Positions 12,100 to 24,200 of a DNA stretch of 64,000 nucleotides are shown in pieces. Origin of the DNA: Lama glama (taxonomy: Eukaryota); the NCBI GenBank assembly GCA_028534125.1, contig CM052817.1, forward strand, positions 14,262,001-14,326,000, written 5' to 3'. Within the stretch, counting starts at the first letter, position 1; each line of letters begins with the position of its first letter. The translations under genes and the position numbers were made by a program. Below the pieces are notes generated by a model, which was not told the DNA's origin, made no database searches, and saw nothing but the letters and a program-made list of their open reading frames with translations.

Positions 12100-13290
12100 A
12101 TGTTCACCATAAAAAGAGCTTGTACAAATTACTAAGAAAAGTTCTAATACCCTAATAAATAAATTGGTAATATTTTTCCAGTTTATTGTATTATTTTGCT
12201 AGAGGTGCCATAACAAAACACTGAAGACTGGATGGCTTAAGGAGCAGAAATTTACTGTCTTCCAGTCCCGGAAGCCAGAAGCCTGAGACCAAAGTGCTAG
12301 CAGGGTTCGTTTCTCCTGCGACCCCTCTCCTTTGCTTACAGAAGGCCGCCTTCTTCCCGAGTTCTCACATGATTCTCTCTTGGTCTTTCTGTTGTCTGTG
12401 TCCGAATCTTTTTGCATAAGGGCTCCAGTCATATTGAATTAAGGCCCATCCATATGACCTCATTTTCCCTTATTATCTCTTCAAAGGCCCTACCTCCAAA
12501 TACAGTTCCATTCTGAGGTTCTGGGGGTTAGGACTTCAATACAGGAATTTGAGGAGGGGGTGTGGGGGCGGGATACAACTCAGCTCATAACAGATAGAAG
12601 CAGTTAAAAAATCATCTAAAAACATTAAAAAGTTACCCTTGCTAATAAGTAAAGGAATGTTAATTAAAGGTAAAATATGATTCTATTTTTTGCCAAACAA
12701 GTAATGATTTAAAAAAAAAATTTAAATGCTGTTAGTGTTTTAAAGCTGGCAGGGATTCAGTTCAGTGAGGACTCTGAATGCTACGACAGGAACCGTAAAC
12801 TGGCAAATTGTTTCAGAAAGCGAATTTTCAATATAGATGAGGAATATAAAAAATATCAAGCTCTCAATATGGATCAATGTAACCAAGAAAACAATAATAA
12901 AAATATACCTGGAGAGCAGCATAGTTACCTCTGGGAGAGATCTGCACTGAAATACGATCCATCTGAGCATTCGTCACAATACTGAAATTATCTGAAACAA
13001 TTTATACGCTCACAATGGGGAGACTCTTCTGTAAAATCTACCCTTGATGAGATGGTATGCAGCTACAAAAATGATATTTATGAAGACCATGAAAACCATA
13101 AAATCGCTAAAATTTTATTTTTAAAAAATAAAGCAGGATGCAAGGAATATGTTCAGTAGGTGCATGGAATAAAAGGAGGCAGGAAATAAACCTAAAATAC
13201 TTAAGGTAATAAAAGTAAAGTTTCATTTGTTTTTCCTTTCTGGTATTACATATTTTTAATTTTCAAAATGCAACATGTATTCATTTCTAC
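12100..13290 (+). mobile_element. Ancient L1ME-type ORF2 end/3' UTR, interrupted by the MLT1 LTR at 12187-12592
   Basis: AAAAAGAGCTTGTACAAATT...; GTAAACTGGCAAATTGTTTCAGAAAGC...; GATGGTATGCAGCTACAAAAATGA: degraded L1 3' motifs on both sides of the LTR. Confidence 0.6.
12187..12592 (-). mobile_element. MaLR solo LTR, MLT1B-like
   Basis: TGTATTATTTTGCTAGAGGTGCCATAACAAAACAC...CAGAAATTTACTGTCT...CTCCAAATACAGTTCCATTCTGAGGTTCTGGGGGTTAGGACTTCAA...CAGCTCATAACA; TG...CA termini. Confidence 0.9.
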
Positions 13291-14012
13291 AATTTAAAAT
13301 AATCCCTTCAATTTAAGTAAAATTGGATTGAATTTGCAGAAGTTCAGTTTCAATCCTATCAAGCTTAGATTAACATGTCAGTTGCTTACGTAAACACTAT
13401 GTGTGTTTTAACCAATTGTTACGTTGATATGAGTGATACTTTTGCTTATGACCCATTGCCAACCCCTCCTTAATTTTGCCCCCATCACTATAGACATAAT
13501 AAAGTGAAAAAAGATCACTCTATGAAAAAAATCAACGATTCCTATCACAAGGACTTGAGAATCATTAGTTGATCAAGCTCACCTTCCAGGGAGCTCTGAT
13601 GATCACTCCCTATTCAGTCTGTCAACCTGAGAATACCCATTGCATTGGCCTGAGGGTCAGAGCCTTGTTTTGTAAGCTCTGAAGGCATCTCAATAACAGG
13701 GGGCTCAGCGTCTGCCATCTTTCTCTGTGACTCCCAGGGACACACACAGCAAGTTATGGCAAGTGCCAACGCAAGTGGAGGGTATGGAATACTGCACCAT
13801 CAGAGCTAGTGGAAAAGTTTCTTTTACTCTTTGGTACAATACAGAGATTCGAAGCACACACAATCTGAAGTTCACGAAGAGCCACAGATTTTAAACTCTG
13901 GGCAATCAATTGACCATCAAAAATATCAGGACTCAAACTATTTTCATTAATTTGATATCAGTGTAAATCAACACTCTAATTTTCCTATTAGAGTAGAAAT
14001 AAGAAACATAAC

Positions 14013-14440
14013 TGTAACAAGTTGGATAGTGTCCTCCCCAAAACATATGTACCCCTGGAACCTGAGAACATAACTATATTTGGAAATAGTCTTTGCAGAT
14101 GTAATCAAGGCAAGGACCAAGGTGAGATCATACTGGAGTAGATGAGAGCATCTTTTTAAGAAATAGAAAAGGACATGAGGACACACGGGAAAAAAAAAAA
14201 AGGACATGAAGACAGAGAGATTGGAGTTGTGCTGCCACAAACCAAGGACCACTAGGAGCCACTAGAAGCTGGAAGAGGCAAGAAAGGATTCTCCCCTGTA
14301 GCCTTCAGAAAAATCCTTGCCTTGCCTGAACCTTGATTTTGGGACTTCTAGCCTGCAAAACTGAAGGAAAATACATATCTGCTGTGTTAAGTTACCTACT
14401 TTGTAGTAATTTGCTATGGAAGATCGAGGAAATGAATACA
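14013..14440 (+). mobile_element. MaLR solo LTR, MLT1C/D-like
   Basis: TGTAACAAGTTG...TATTTGGAAATAGTCTTTGCAGATGTAATCAAG...GAAGCTGGAAGAGGCAAGAAAGGATTCTCCCCT...GGAAATGAATACA. Confidence 0.9.
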
Positions 14441-14847
14441 GTGGTTTGCAGAGAGAAAAATGCCACATTTCACCAAAACTCTCTCGTTAAATATTGGGGA
14501 CAGAGCTGTGTGATGGAAAGAGCACAGAAAGAGTGAAGGGCACTGCTTCCAGGAAGCTATCTACCAGGCAATCAAGTTCGCCTCTCCAAACTGGAGTTAA
14601 CCAACTCCAGCAGACAGACTGTCAATCACCCAGCATCACGGACAAGGCGAAATGAGATGATTATGTAATAAGCACTTGAACTATAAAGTGGACAGAAATA
14701 TTGATTTTCATTGCTGCTGTCAATGGTTCATAGCAAATGTCAACTTTGCACTAGATGTGTATTTATGAAGTATGAAAATTGAAAATATGAAATAAATTTA
14801 CACAAGTACATGTTTAGTTTGCCTTTCAGTTCCTTCTCTATTACAGA

Positions 14848-14882
14848 ATCTCTCTCTCTCTCTCTCTTTTTTTTTTTTTTTT
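14848..14882. repeat. (TC)n followed by poly(T)
   Basis: TCTCTCTCTCTCTCTCTCT followed by a T run, seen directly. Confidence 0.9.
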
Positions 14883-15805
14883 GCCTGAAGGGTGGGCTTA
14901 TAGCCTGAAGACTGACTTTGGGCCCTGATATAAATCATTTATCACATAGACAGATGAATTACTAGGGGTATTTCAGAAGGGCAGTAACCAGGGCTAGTTA
15001 TTTTGAGAGTTGTTGTGCTGTCATTAATAATCATTTGCTGTACTCTTGGTCATCTGAACTGGAATGAGAAAATTAATAGATGACCCTGACTGTGGTGAGA
15101 CAGTATTAGCATTGGTGATGGGAAAAAAAAAAAAGTTAGCAACAAAGAATCCTGCTGTTCACATCCAGATCCTGGGTCTTTACAGCATCCTGTGTATTTG
15201 AGAAGAGCATAAGATGGATGGTGTCAAAGGCAAGAAAGCTGATTACAGTTAGTTCAGCAATAACCACAGTTCAATACTACTTTTAAAAAATTCAAGAGAT
15301 TAAAGGACTCAATTCTTTAACAGCTGAGGTGTGCTATTCAGAAAATTAAATTTACAACTCTTGATTGTGAATCACTTTATGCAATAAACATATCAACCAG
15401 GCAAATGACTTCAAACACAGTCACTCAGAATTGATGTGATCCAAACATGTTTTCAAAACTAAATGGAGGATATGATCTAGGCTCCCGGTGTTCCTGTTTT
15501 CCTTCCCATCAGAGCAGAAAGCAAGTCTTGTTCCTCTTTGTTCATTCCCAATGGGAAGTCAATGGTGAACCTAATGGATGATGGGGAATCAATGACATTA
15601 CTATCAAGACAATCAGACAGCAAACGATTTCTCCAAAGCCCTTCTCTTCAAGGACCATTTTGTCAAGATCAGGTCATGAGCTCTGGGAATCTTTGTTGGC
15701 CTTCAGTGAAAGTTTACTTTGACTTTGATGGCTGTCATTGCTCTCCTGTTGTCCTTGAGGTTCAAATGGAGGACCAATACGGCAAGGGCTAATTCCTCAC
15801 TGCTC

Positions 15806-15821
15806 TGACCTCTACTGACCT
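15806..15821 (-). promoter_or_regulatory. Perfect DR4 nuclear-receptor element (AGGTCA-gtag-AGGTCA)
   Basis: Plus strand TGACCT CTAC TGACCT. Motif match only; no functional evidence. Confidence 0.45.
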
Positions 15822-15899
15822 CTCCCCACTAGACACCACCCTGAGACATGCAAGTGAGTGGTAATCATAATGAAAAAGAACTTGACGACCCCTAGAATT

Positions 15900-16325
15900 T
15901 CTCTCCATCCCCACCCATTAGTTCAGACCTTCACCCAATCTTGGATAGGTCATTGCAATATTCACCTAATGATAGCCTTCATCATTTGACTTCTGCTTCC
16001 TTCTACACTTACATCGCCCACCAGGGACCTCCCACATGCTATGTTGCCATCACAGTGAGGGCCTGGGTCCGCTACCCCTCCAGACCCTTGACTAGAGAGA
16101 ACAGCAGGGCATGCCCGCTTGGAGCACAAGATTCTTCTTGAACCCCCACTCCTTGCTGGATTTCCTGCTCTTCCCTTTTGCCCCCTTTGAGAATACCTCC
16201 CATCACTTCCTATTTCATAGTCAGAGTCTAAGTTTCCTGAAGCAAAACTATGTCTTCTAGCCTGATACCCCATCTATCTAGGCATAAAATCAGCACAAAG
16301 TGTCTAAAACAGTTTTTAATGAGCC
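15900..16325 (+). mobile_element. Degraded L2 fragment
   Basis: CTCTCCATCCCCACCCATTAGTTCAGACCTTCAC...CATTGCAATA...CCTAATG and CTAAGTTTCCTGAAGCAAAACTATGTC. Confidence 0.5.
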
Positions 16326-17609
16326 AATGGAATTAAAACCAGTTTATTTCCTTTTTCATTATATTCATTAAGTTGTTTAAATCCTTCATGCTTCATTCTT
16401 TCCTGAGTACAAAATTATTGTTTATGACAGAATTGTTTAAGGATTAAATGATACAGAGCACACAAATACATGTCATAAACTCTAAAATATATTATAAATG
16501 AAAGGATTATGACCATCATTTTCATTTAAAGAAATTCTATAGGCTTACCAATGTACACCCAATTCATGGATACTAATATGGAAGTAGGCACAGAAATCAC
16601 CTCACAGGGTGTTTCCATCAAATTCTGATGGAAACACATATTCCAGGGCCCACACGATCCAATTCAACCAAGGAAATGAGGAGAGAAAGAAGTGGAAATA
16701 AAGAGGTATGATGCTAACATGAAGAGGAATTGTCACAGTGATTTCAGAGCCCAGAGATCTTCCCCATCCTGCTCGGAGCTGACACCAGCACACCTGTTCC
16801 TCCTAACTTCCGGGTCTGGGGCCGCGCCGGGAATCCGGGTGCAGTGAGTGAGGCTGGTGATGGGCTGGCCTGCAAATAAGTGAGGCATTGGCAGCCTCTG
16901 AGAATAGTGGCTAATTATAAATACGTTTTCAAAACAAATGCTTCCATTTACTCGGCATTGACAAGGGCCAAGTATTAAGTATTAAAACTATACGTTTTAT
17001 ACACAGTTTTCACATCTAATCTTGCACACCTGTGACGTGCAAGATTGAGTCAGAAACATCTGGTGGTCCTGAGAAGGCTAATAATCTACTACCCTTTCAA
17101 ATTGCATTTTCCAAATGCCCAACACTGATGTATATTAGAAATGTGAGCAGAAGAGTAGAGAAGGCAGATCGCTGATGTTAGCACTCCATTCCTTCTGTAA
17201 GGCCACAAATCATTCAGCCTTGGTCTCAAATATGCAGTCCCATTAAGCAAATAAACTCAGCTGATTGGAGTCACCCCACCTCCTCGTAAGAAAAGACTGC
17301 AGGCATCTTGCCCCCTAAGGCTGCCCCTTGGTACAGAGTAAGGGGTCCTCTCCTCTACCCCAGAGCGAATCACAGAGGACACTTTCTGGATTGGCAGTTC
17401 TGGGGCACACACTGGATTTCACTTTCCTTATGTCTCTACCTCTGGCTGGTTGATTACCCAGGCTTTGCAAACTGAATGGAATCTGATCTAATCCAGCCTC
17501 CACAGGGGCCAGGCTGAACAGAGCGGCTGTGAGTGGAGACACCAGGAGGAAGCCCTCAGCCAAATCCAGGGTGCAAGATGTCTTCCCGAACACACATCAA
17601 GTTTCTCAA

Positions 17610-17960
17610 GCAAATCAAAGGCCTGAATAAAATGGAAAAGGGAACTAGTGTTCTATGTTAAAAGAGACTTGGAAAACATAACAGCCAAATACAATAAAAG
17701 GACATTGTTTAGGCTCTGATGTGACAAACACACACGAGGTTTATGTATAAACATGTTTTCAGTCGGAGATGCTTACATAAGGATGTAAAGAAGATAAGAA
17801 TTATTTAAAAAAGTGCTTACCCCACAAATAAATTAATAGATGAAACATAATCACGAAGTGTTGATAATCGTGGAAGCTAGGTGAAGGGTACATGAGGTTT
17901 ATTAAACAATTCACTTTCTTTTGTTTATGTTTGAAATTTTCATTGTAAAAAGCTTTAAGA
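17610..17960 (+). mobile_element. Ancient L1 (L1MC/ME-type) 3' UTR
   Basis: GTTAAAAGAGACTTGGAAAACATAACAGCCAAATACAAT...GAAGCTAGGTGAAGGGTACATGAGG...TATGTTTGAAATTTTCATTGTAAAAAG. Confidence 0.75.
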
Positions 17961-18502
17961 AAAGTAAATGATTATTTTTTAATCTCAAAAAGGGACATCT
18001 CGCATCTGCGAGGTAATGTGTCCAAGATTTCTTACGGTAACTAGAAAACACAAATCCACTTAAATTCATATGAGATCATAATTAGGTGGCACATGGGGAG
18101 AGAAAAACCAAGTAGAGCCACGAGGATAAGAAGCCTTAGGGAGAAAGACTATTAACATAACATCAGATGGAACAATCAATAATTATGTGCATAATCACAA
18201 TATGAAAAGATGTTCATGAACTCCAGGTAAGAGAACTTCAAGGAAAAGGTGGCAATACTACTAAAATAAAATAACTCTGTGTGGCATAATCCTCTTTGTC
18301 CCTCGGGACCCATCTGAAAAGCTACTGGCTGCTGCCAGCTCCCCGAGGCTGTTAGCGGCTCCTTCATCGGAGAGTCTACAAGACTACTCATGCTTTTCTG
18401 GGTTTTTTTTCCCCCACCAACCAAAAATTTAAAAGAAAGGGATATTGACTAGCACAAGCCTTGAAATGTGGTCCAAGTATATGCTTAGGAGATATTAGCA
18501 GA

Positions 18503-18602
18503 AGGAGGGGATGGATAAATGGATGGGTGGATGGGTGGGTGAGTAGATGGGTGGATGGATGGGTGGGTAACAGAAGGAAAGAAGGGAGGGAGAGAGGGAA
18601 GA
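18503..18602. repeat. (GGAT/GGGT)n and (GGAA)n low-complexity repeat
   Basis: GGATGGATAAATGGATGGGTGGATGGGTGGG... seen directly. Confidence 0.85.
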
Positions 18603-20124
18603 AGTGCTATTCCCTCCTGGGAAGGAAAATCAAAGGGGTCAGATTGTGGAGACTCATACTGAAGAGAAGACTTCATTTAAATAATCCAAAACCAATTAGA
18701 ATCAAATACATAACTTTCCTTAGTAGCCTATTACCAGGGATTTGTTTTGTTTTGTTTTGTTTTAGCTAGACTAAATCCACACATTCTCTTCGTGCAAGCA
18801 ATTCATCAAATATGCCAGGCTGGAAACAGCTGAGATTTTTTATCTCTTGCTGAGAATAGAAAGAAACTTTTCATTGAGCTATCACACGCACAGTTATTTT
18901 TATTTGACTCTCAGTTGAAACCCCCCTGCTGCATAGCATATTGAATACTTTATTGACCATAAAATGCGCTGCTGCAATTAGAGATTTCTATTTTTTTTTC
19001 CTAAGCATTTTGTCTTTCTAGAGGCATTTGGAGACTCATTCCTGTTTATCAGTTTTTCAAAGATGTTTGCAATTTAGCAAAACTGAACCAGAAATTTAGT
19101 TAAATGTCTGGCATCTTTGAATGAGGGTTTCCAAGATCTGCAATTAAACAGTGCAGGGTAGTGTGGGGAAGCTCCTGATACTCAACATAACCTACAAAGA
19201 TCTTTCACACTAGCTAAGATCCTTGTGGGGGCAGAAAAAAAGTACATTATGGAAATCAGAAGCAAATCCACTTAAGAGACTGCTTTATAAACCATTCAGT
19301 TTTGCCAAAGTCTCTGGATGCAGAAGATGCTAGTTATCCTCAAGTTATTTTACAGGCAATCACTTCTGTTTAGTATCACCAAATAAAACAACGTGGACCT
19401 TGTGGCAGCTGCCATGTTTAAACAGCATAAGCTGTCTGATCTCATGCATGATGCACAGAGTTTGGAACTAGAAACTGATCGTGCAAAAAACTCTGTATTC
19501 TGCAAGTCCAAAGGCTGGACCCATACATTTTGCCAGTAAATATTAATTGAATGAATTAAAGGAAAGGGGATCCTCTCTGGCCTAAGGAATGTGCCTTGGC
19601 TATTTCTGGCAAGCTAACAGCAAGTCAGGGTGGAATGCCTGAGCTGAGCTGGAATGAAGCGTATGCCATTTAAATCCTCCATTATACATTTCCCTCCTTG
19701 TGTCCTCAGCCAGGTTAGTGGGGGAGCCTGCACTTGTCTCCAGGTGTTGTTTCCTGTAGGTTACACAGCTGCTTTTAGGAAAACTTCTTATTGAAGCATC
19801 ATGTCTTTTCTGAAACTAGAGTCAAGGTCATGCCCCCAAACTGCCTGGGTCTACACCTCTGATGACATTCTTATGAGATGGGACAGGTGACTGCTACCTT
19901 AGAGCTGCCTGATCCACTCTCAGCATCTTCCCTGCACCTTTTGACCCCCTTCCTCCTCCCGCCGTAGCCATCGGGAGATAAGTAGAGACTCAAAGAGCCT
20001 CAGCTTTGTTGTACTGAAAATCTATGCAGGCATTGTGAGTGCTGGTGATGTAGCAACAAATGAAACAGAGTGTCCCCTCTTCTCAGGGACCTTGTGTTCT
20101 AATGACTGAAAACGAGACTCCATC

Positions 20125-20275
20125 AGAATAAAGTTTCAGTTGTGTGAGATGAGTAAGTTACACAGATCTGCTGTACAACACAGTGCCTGTAGTTAACGAC
20201 ACTGTATTGTACACTCAGAAGGTTGTTAAGAGGGTACATCTCATGTTAAGTGTTCTTAGCACAATAAAACAAAGG
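20125..20275 (+). mobile_element. L1MB-type 3' end, inserted next to an antisense L2 fragment (~20010-20120)
   Basis: AAAGTTTCAGTT...AGATCTGCTGTACAACACAGTGCCTGTAGTTAAC...GTTAAGAGGGTACATCTCATGTTAAGTGTTCTTAGCACAATAAAA. Confidence 0.85.
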
Positions 20276-20404
20276 CATACATAAAAGAAATCAATTAAAT
20301 CAAATCAAATGAGCATGCAGCGATGGTTTGCGACTTTCTGCAGCCAGCAACTTATAGAGCACTCTACGCGTAGCTTTTTTTTTTCCTTGATTTTTTTCAA
20401 TAAC

Positions 20405-20701
20405 ATTTTTTTCAGGTCTCTGCTCAACTGTCATCTTATAAGGGAAGCTTCGTTAGTCAACTTACAAAATACACCCCTCCTGCCTCATCATTTTTCCACT
20501 CCTCTATAACTATCACTCTTACTTTGCCTTATATTTCGACCGAGCCCTTAGTACTGACATAGGTTGATTTATTTATTAGTTTATTATCTGTTTTCCCTTG
20601 CTAGAACATAAACTGCTTCAGGACAGGCAACTCAGTTAATTCAGTACTCAGTATCTGGTACACAATAAGGGCTCGATGAATATTTGCTGAATGAATGAAT
20701 G
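20405..20701 (+). mobile_element. L2a 3' end
   Basis: TTCAGGTCTCTGCTCAACTGTCATC...GCTAGAACATAAACTGC...GCTCGATGAATATTTGCTGAATGAATGAATG (L2 TGAA-repeat tail). Confidence 0.85.
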
Positions 20702-20724
20702 CACGCATAACCATCAGCGTTAGG

Positions 20725-20880
20725 TATGACCATTACTCCAGGTTTACAGACTGGGAAGCCGATACTTATGGAGGAGAAGACATTTGCCCCATCTCCCGCA
20801 ACTGGCCAATAGTGAAGCCAGGGCTCAGACCAGGTCTGGCAGAATAGGAAGCCAGTCCTCTTGATCACTGTGCTAAATTC
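20725..20880 (-). mobile_element. MIR SINE
   Basis: CATTACTCCAGGTTTACAGACTGGGAAGCCGA...TTTGCCC...AGTGAAGCCAGGGCTCAGACCAGGTCTG. Confidence 0.7.
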
Positions 20881-21109
20881 TCCCCCTTAAATAACCATTT
20901 TCTTAACATGTCTAACCAGTGAAACTTCCCTAAGCCCTCAGCTTCCTAAGATGGGATAAAGACAGTAAAGAGAAGGAAGGCCACTCAACAATATACAGGA
21001 AAAAGGCAACAACAAAACTGCAAACGTCGTCCTGCAAAGCTTCTGCATAAAACTTAAGACGGTATCATCTTAGACACAGTTATCATAAAAATAAGTACCG
21101 TTGAGGGAA

Positions 21110-21320
21110 AAATGGAAAGAACAAAACTTTAAGAGTCAAGTGTGGCTGTTAATCATGTCTCAGCCACGAATTATCTGTTCGTTTGCTCCACCTCAGTTTT
21201 CCTGTCTGTGAAGTGGGGATGATACTTGCCTCCTACCTCCTCCCAGCAAGGTTGTTGGCAGAAGGAAATGACATAACGAATGTGAAGTTTCTGGCACAAA
21301 TTTAAGTTGAATGAGTGACT
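21110..21320 (+). mobile_element. MIR SINE
   Basis: CCTCAGTTTTCCTGTCTGTGAAGTGGGGATGATAC...AAATGACATAACGAATGTGAAG. Confidence 0.75.
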
Positions 21321-23251
21321 CATTAGTCACATTACTCTAACAAATCCTAGGTATAGAGACTGAAATAAAATTTAGTTTCAGTTATTCACCTACTAACGCA
21401 TCACATAAAAACAGAGCTGAGCACCTCCAAGGAACAGACAACCTTTCTCCAGAGCACATGAGACTGAAGGACAAGGGGCTTGTGACAATCACAAGCCATG
21501 CTCTAATCCCATAAAAGATGCTCCAAATTTCAGTGTATTTGTTAGATTGATCAGGCTGGGGGAGGAGGTGCACCCAAATATTTATTTGGACATAACAGAT
21601 GAACTTGCCAAGGGTTCTTAGGGAAATAGCCTCATCATCTGTTAGTCAAATATCTGGGTGAAAAGTTCGGAGTTAATGAAAGATCTTTAATAAAAGTACT
21701 GTCACTAGAAATTTAGCGTTGGAATCTGTATTAAGAGTTCTCAGGAAAAAAAATTTACTAATGTCCTCACTCTGATGTGGTCTTAGAAGTTTAGCTCTTC
21801 ACAATTTCTGTAGTTGCTGATAGCAAAATAGTAATGATCTTCTGTTATGTTATGGCTGAATTGATGCAATAAATTGTATTTTCCCTTAGATTGTATTAGA
21901 AGCTATAAATTGTTCTATCACCTCTAAAACAGCCTAGGGAATGCAACACATTTTTAATTTTATGGGCCTGCCTCCTTGGTTAGAAACAGAATATTTGCTT
22001 GACAACCCCAAAATTCTAATCGACCTTAAAGAAATACCAATTGACAAATTGTAGGTGAAAACATGGATGTGTATTTCTCTATTTCTCTCCAATTCCTAGA
22101 GAAATGCAGATACATGTCTCTCTTCTATTTGGTCAGTTTGGAATCTCTAAATTGCTGTGGTTTGTTTTTTGTTTTTGTGTTTTGTTTGTTTTGCTGCTTA
22201 ATGCTTCTGGATAGATAACTTTTAAAATAGGTGAGCTAAGCACTGTAAGAAATATTTTTCTACTGCAGCCTCCTTCTTGTACAGGAGAAATCCAAATGTA
22301 TGTTGATTAGTTTAGTAATTATTTGACCTCTTTAAAAGGGGCACAGATTTGCTACGGTATTTCTGAATTACTCCTGAAATTATTCTTTATTCCAAAAAGA
22401 AATCAATGAGAGCTCCAGAAATTCATCAATTTCCATTTAGGGATACAGGACACAAATCTAAGACTCAAAGAGTTTTGAGAGAGAAGGACAAGTATAAGAA
22501 AATCATCCAGGACACTTGCTTGTATAGATTAGATCTCTGCCAAAAAAAAAAAAATCAACTTATGTGTAGATTTGGAGTAAATAATTATCAAGAATCTATA
22601 TTCAAATATTATCTGCCCCAAGAGAGCACTTGACAATGGAATCACAACACTTACTGTGATGTAACGCATCCTCTCAACACAGATTGAAAACAATGGTAAG
22701 GAAACCCATGGCTGGTGACGCTATTTCTCGCTGGTATATCACAGAATGAGCAGGAGACTTGGAATCAACAGTCCTGGGTTAGTATCGTGGCTTTACCACT
22801 TGCCAGGACCCAAATCACCAGAACTTCTCTTTTTCCCTTGTAAAGGGAGACTAATGATGTTTGCCATACAATCTAAGAGTGTGTTCAATAAATGTTGATT
22901 GAATTTATACCTTGTCTATAAAGTTAGTAATAAAATCACATAAATAACTTATTAGGAAAACCAACCAAAAAGTAGATCAAAGTGTTCAGGACTTTTTGCA
23001 GTCACAGGGGAGAGCAGGATTGGGAACCGTCTCTATGGGTTGGCCTGTGGTTCTTAACTGCTAGGTGTGTGTCCTTATGCAAGTAATTGGACTTCAGAAT
23101 GTCTTATTTTCCTCAGGCTAGTGGGACCAACTCCCTATACTGTTAGAAATAAATTCAGAAAATGTGTACTTAACAGAAAGCAATGCACATTGGGAACCAG
23201 TCAATTAAAAAAATGCTGCTATTGGTGTTTTTAACAAGAAAACTAAGCAAA

Positions 23252-23660
23252 ATTCATTCATTCATTCAATAAAAATTTAAGGTTGCATTTTGCATCCCAG
23301 ATACTGCCCTCGGTTCTGGGGATGGAGTGATCAACAAAACATAAGCTCTCTGCTCTCATGAAACCATCTCCTGGTAAAGGATAGCTGGGCAGTATCAATA
23401 GTGATAAATGCTCAGAAGACAGTACAACAAAGTAAGGTGAACAGAGAGTAACTACAGATGCATGCATGGTTACGTGTGAGGGCGTATGTTTGGGAAGCAC
23501 TTTACAAACATAGCACAGGGGGATCACAGAGTGTCTGAGGAAGTAAACGCGTGGGTTTTGACCTAAATGATGACAACCAGCCCGCTGTACTGGGTGCAAA
23601 TGTCTGCAGGTCTGTGGCACACGCTTACTCAGGATACATTGCCAGACATTCTGCAATCTA
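23252..23660 (-). mobile_element. L2 3' end
   Basis: ATTCATTCATTCATTCAATAAAAATTT...CCAGATACTGCCCTCGGTTCTGGGGATGGAGTGATCAACAAAACA. Confidence 0.8.
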
Positions 23661-23799
23661 TCATTTCTATAAATCTAGAGTAGAAATGAGGTCCAGATTT
23701 CAGTACGTGTACTTTACCCTCTTTGATTTAACAAAAGCAATATCCACAGCCGCATAACGACCTTCAGAAGGGAGGACTTTAATGTGGTGAACCCATCAC

Positions 23800-24200
23800 A
23801 TTTTTTGGAACTGGAGGTTCTCAGCTCTGAGACTGATTAGCTGGGTGACAGCAGACTCATTACTCAGGCAGCCTGAGCCTCAGTTATCTCATCCATAAAA
23901 CACACCTGAAACAACATCACTGATGGAACGCTTCTGGCAAAGTGCCTGGTGCCGAGCAGACCCTCAAAATGGTCATCACTGTCACCACCGGGTAAAGAGC
24001 TCCGCTGTCTGCTAGCCATGTGACCTGGGGTAGGTTGCGTCACTTTTCTGTGCCTCAGTTTCCTCATTTATAAGATGAGGATGATAATAAAAATTATAAT
24101 ACTGACTTATTAGACTGGTGAGAGAAATCAACTGAGTTATATAAAGCTCGTTGAATGAGTCCTGGCCCAGAGAAGAACTCATTAAATTTCATTATTCCTA
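23800..24200 (+). mobile_element. Two tandem MIR SINEs
   Basis: CTGAGCCTCAGTTATCTCATCCATAAAA (~23873) and TGTGACCTGGGG...CTGTGCCTCAGTTTCCTCATTTATAAGATGAGGATGATAATA (~24020). Confidence 0.8.

Noticed and set aside
18507..18570. G-quadruplex-capable GGG runs
   Set aside because: By-product of a common (GGAT/GGGT)n repeat with no supporting context
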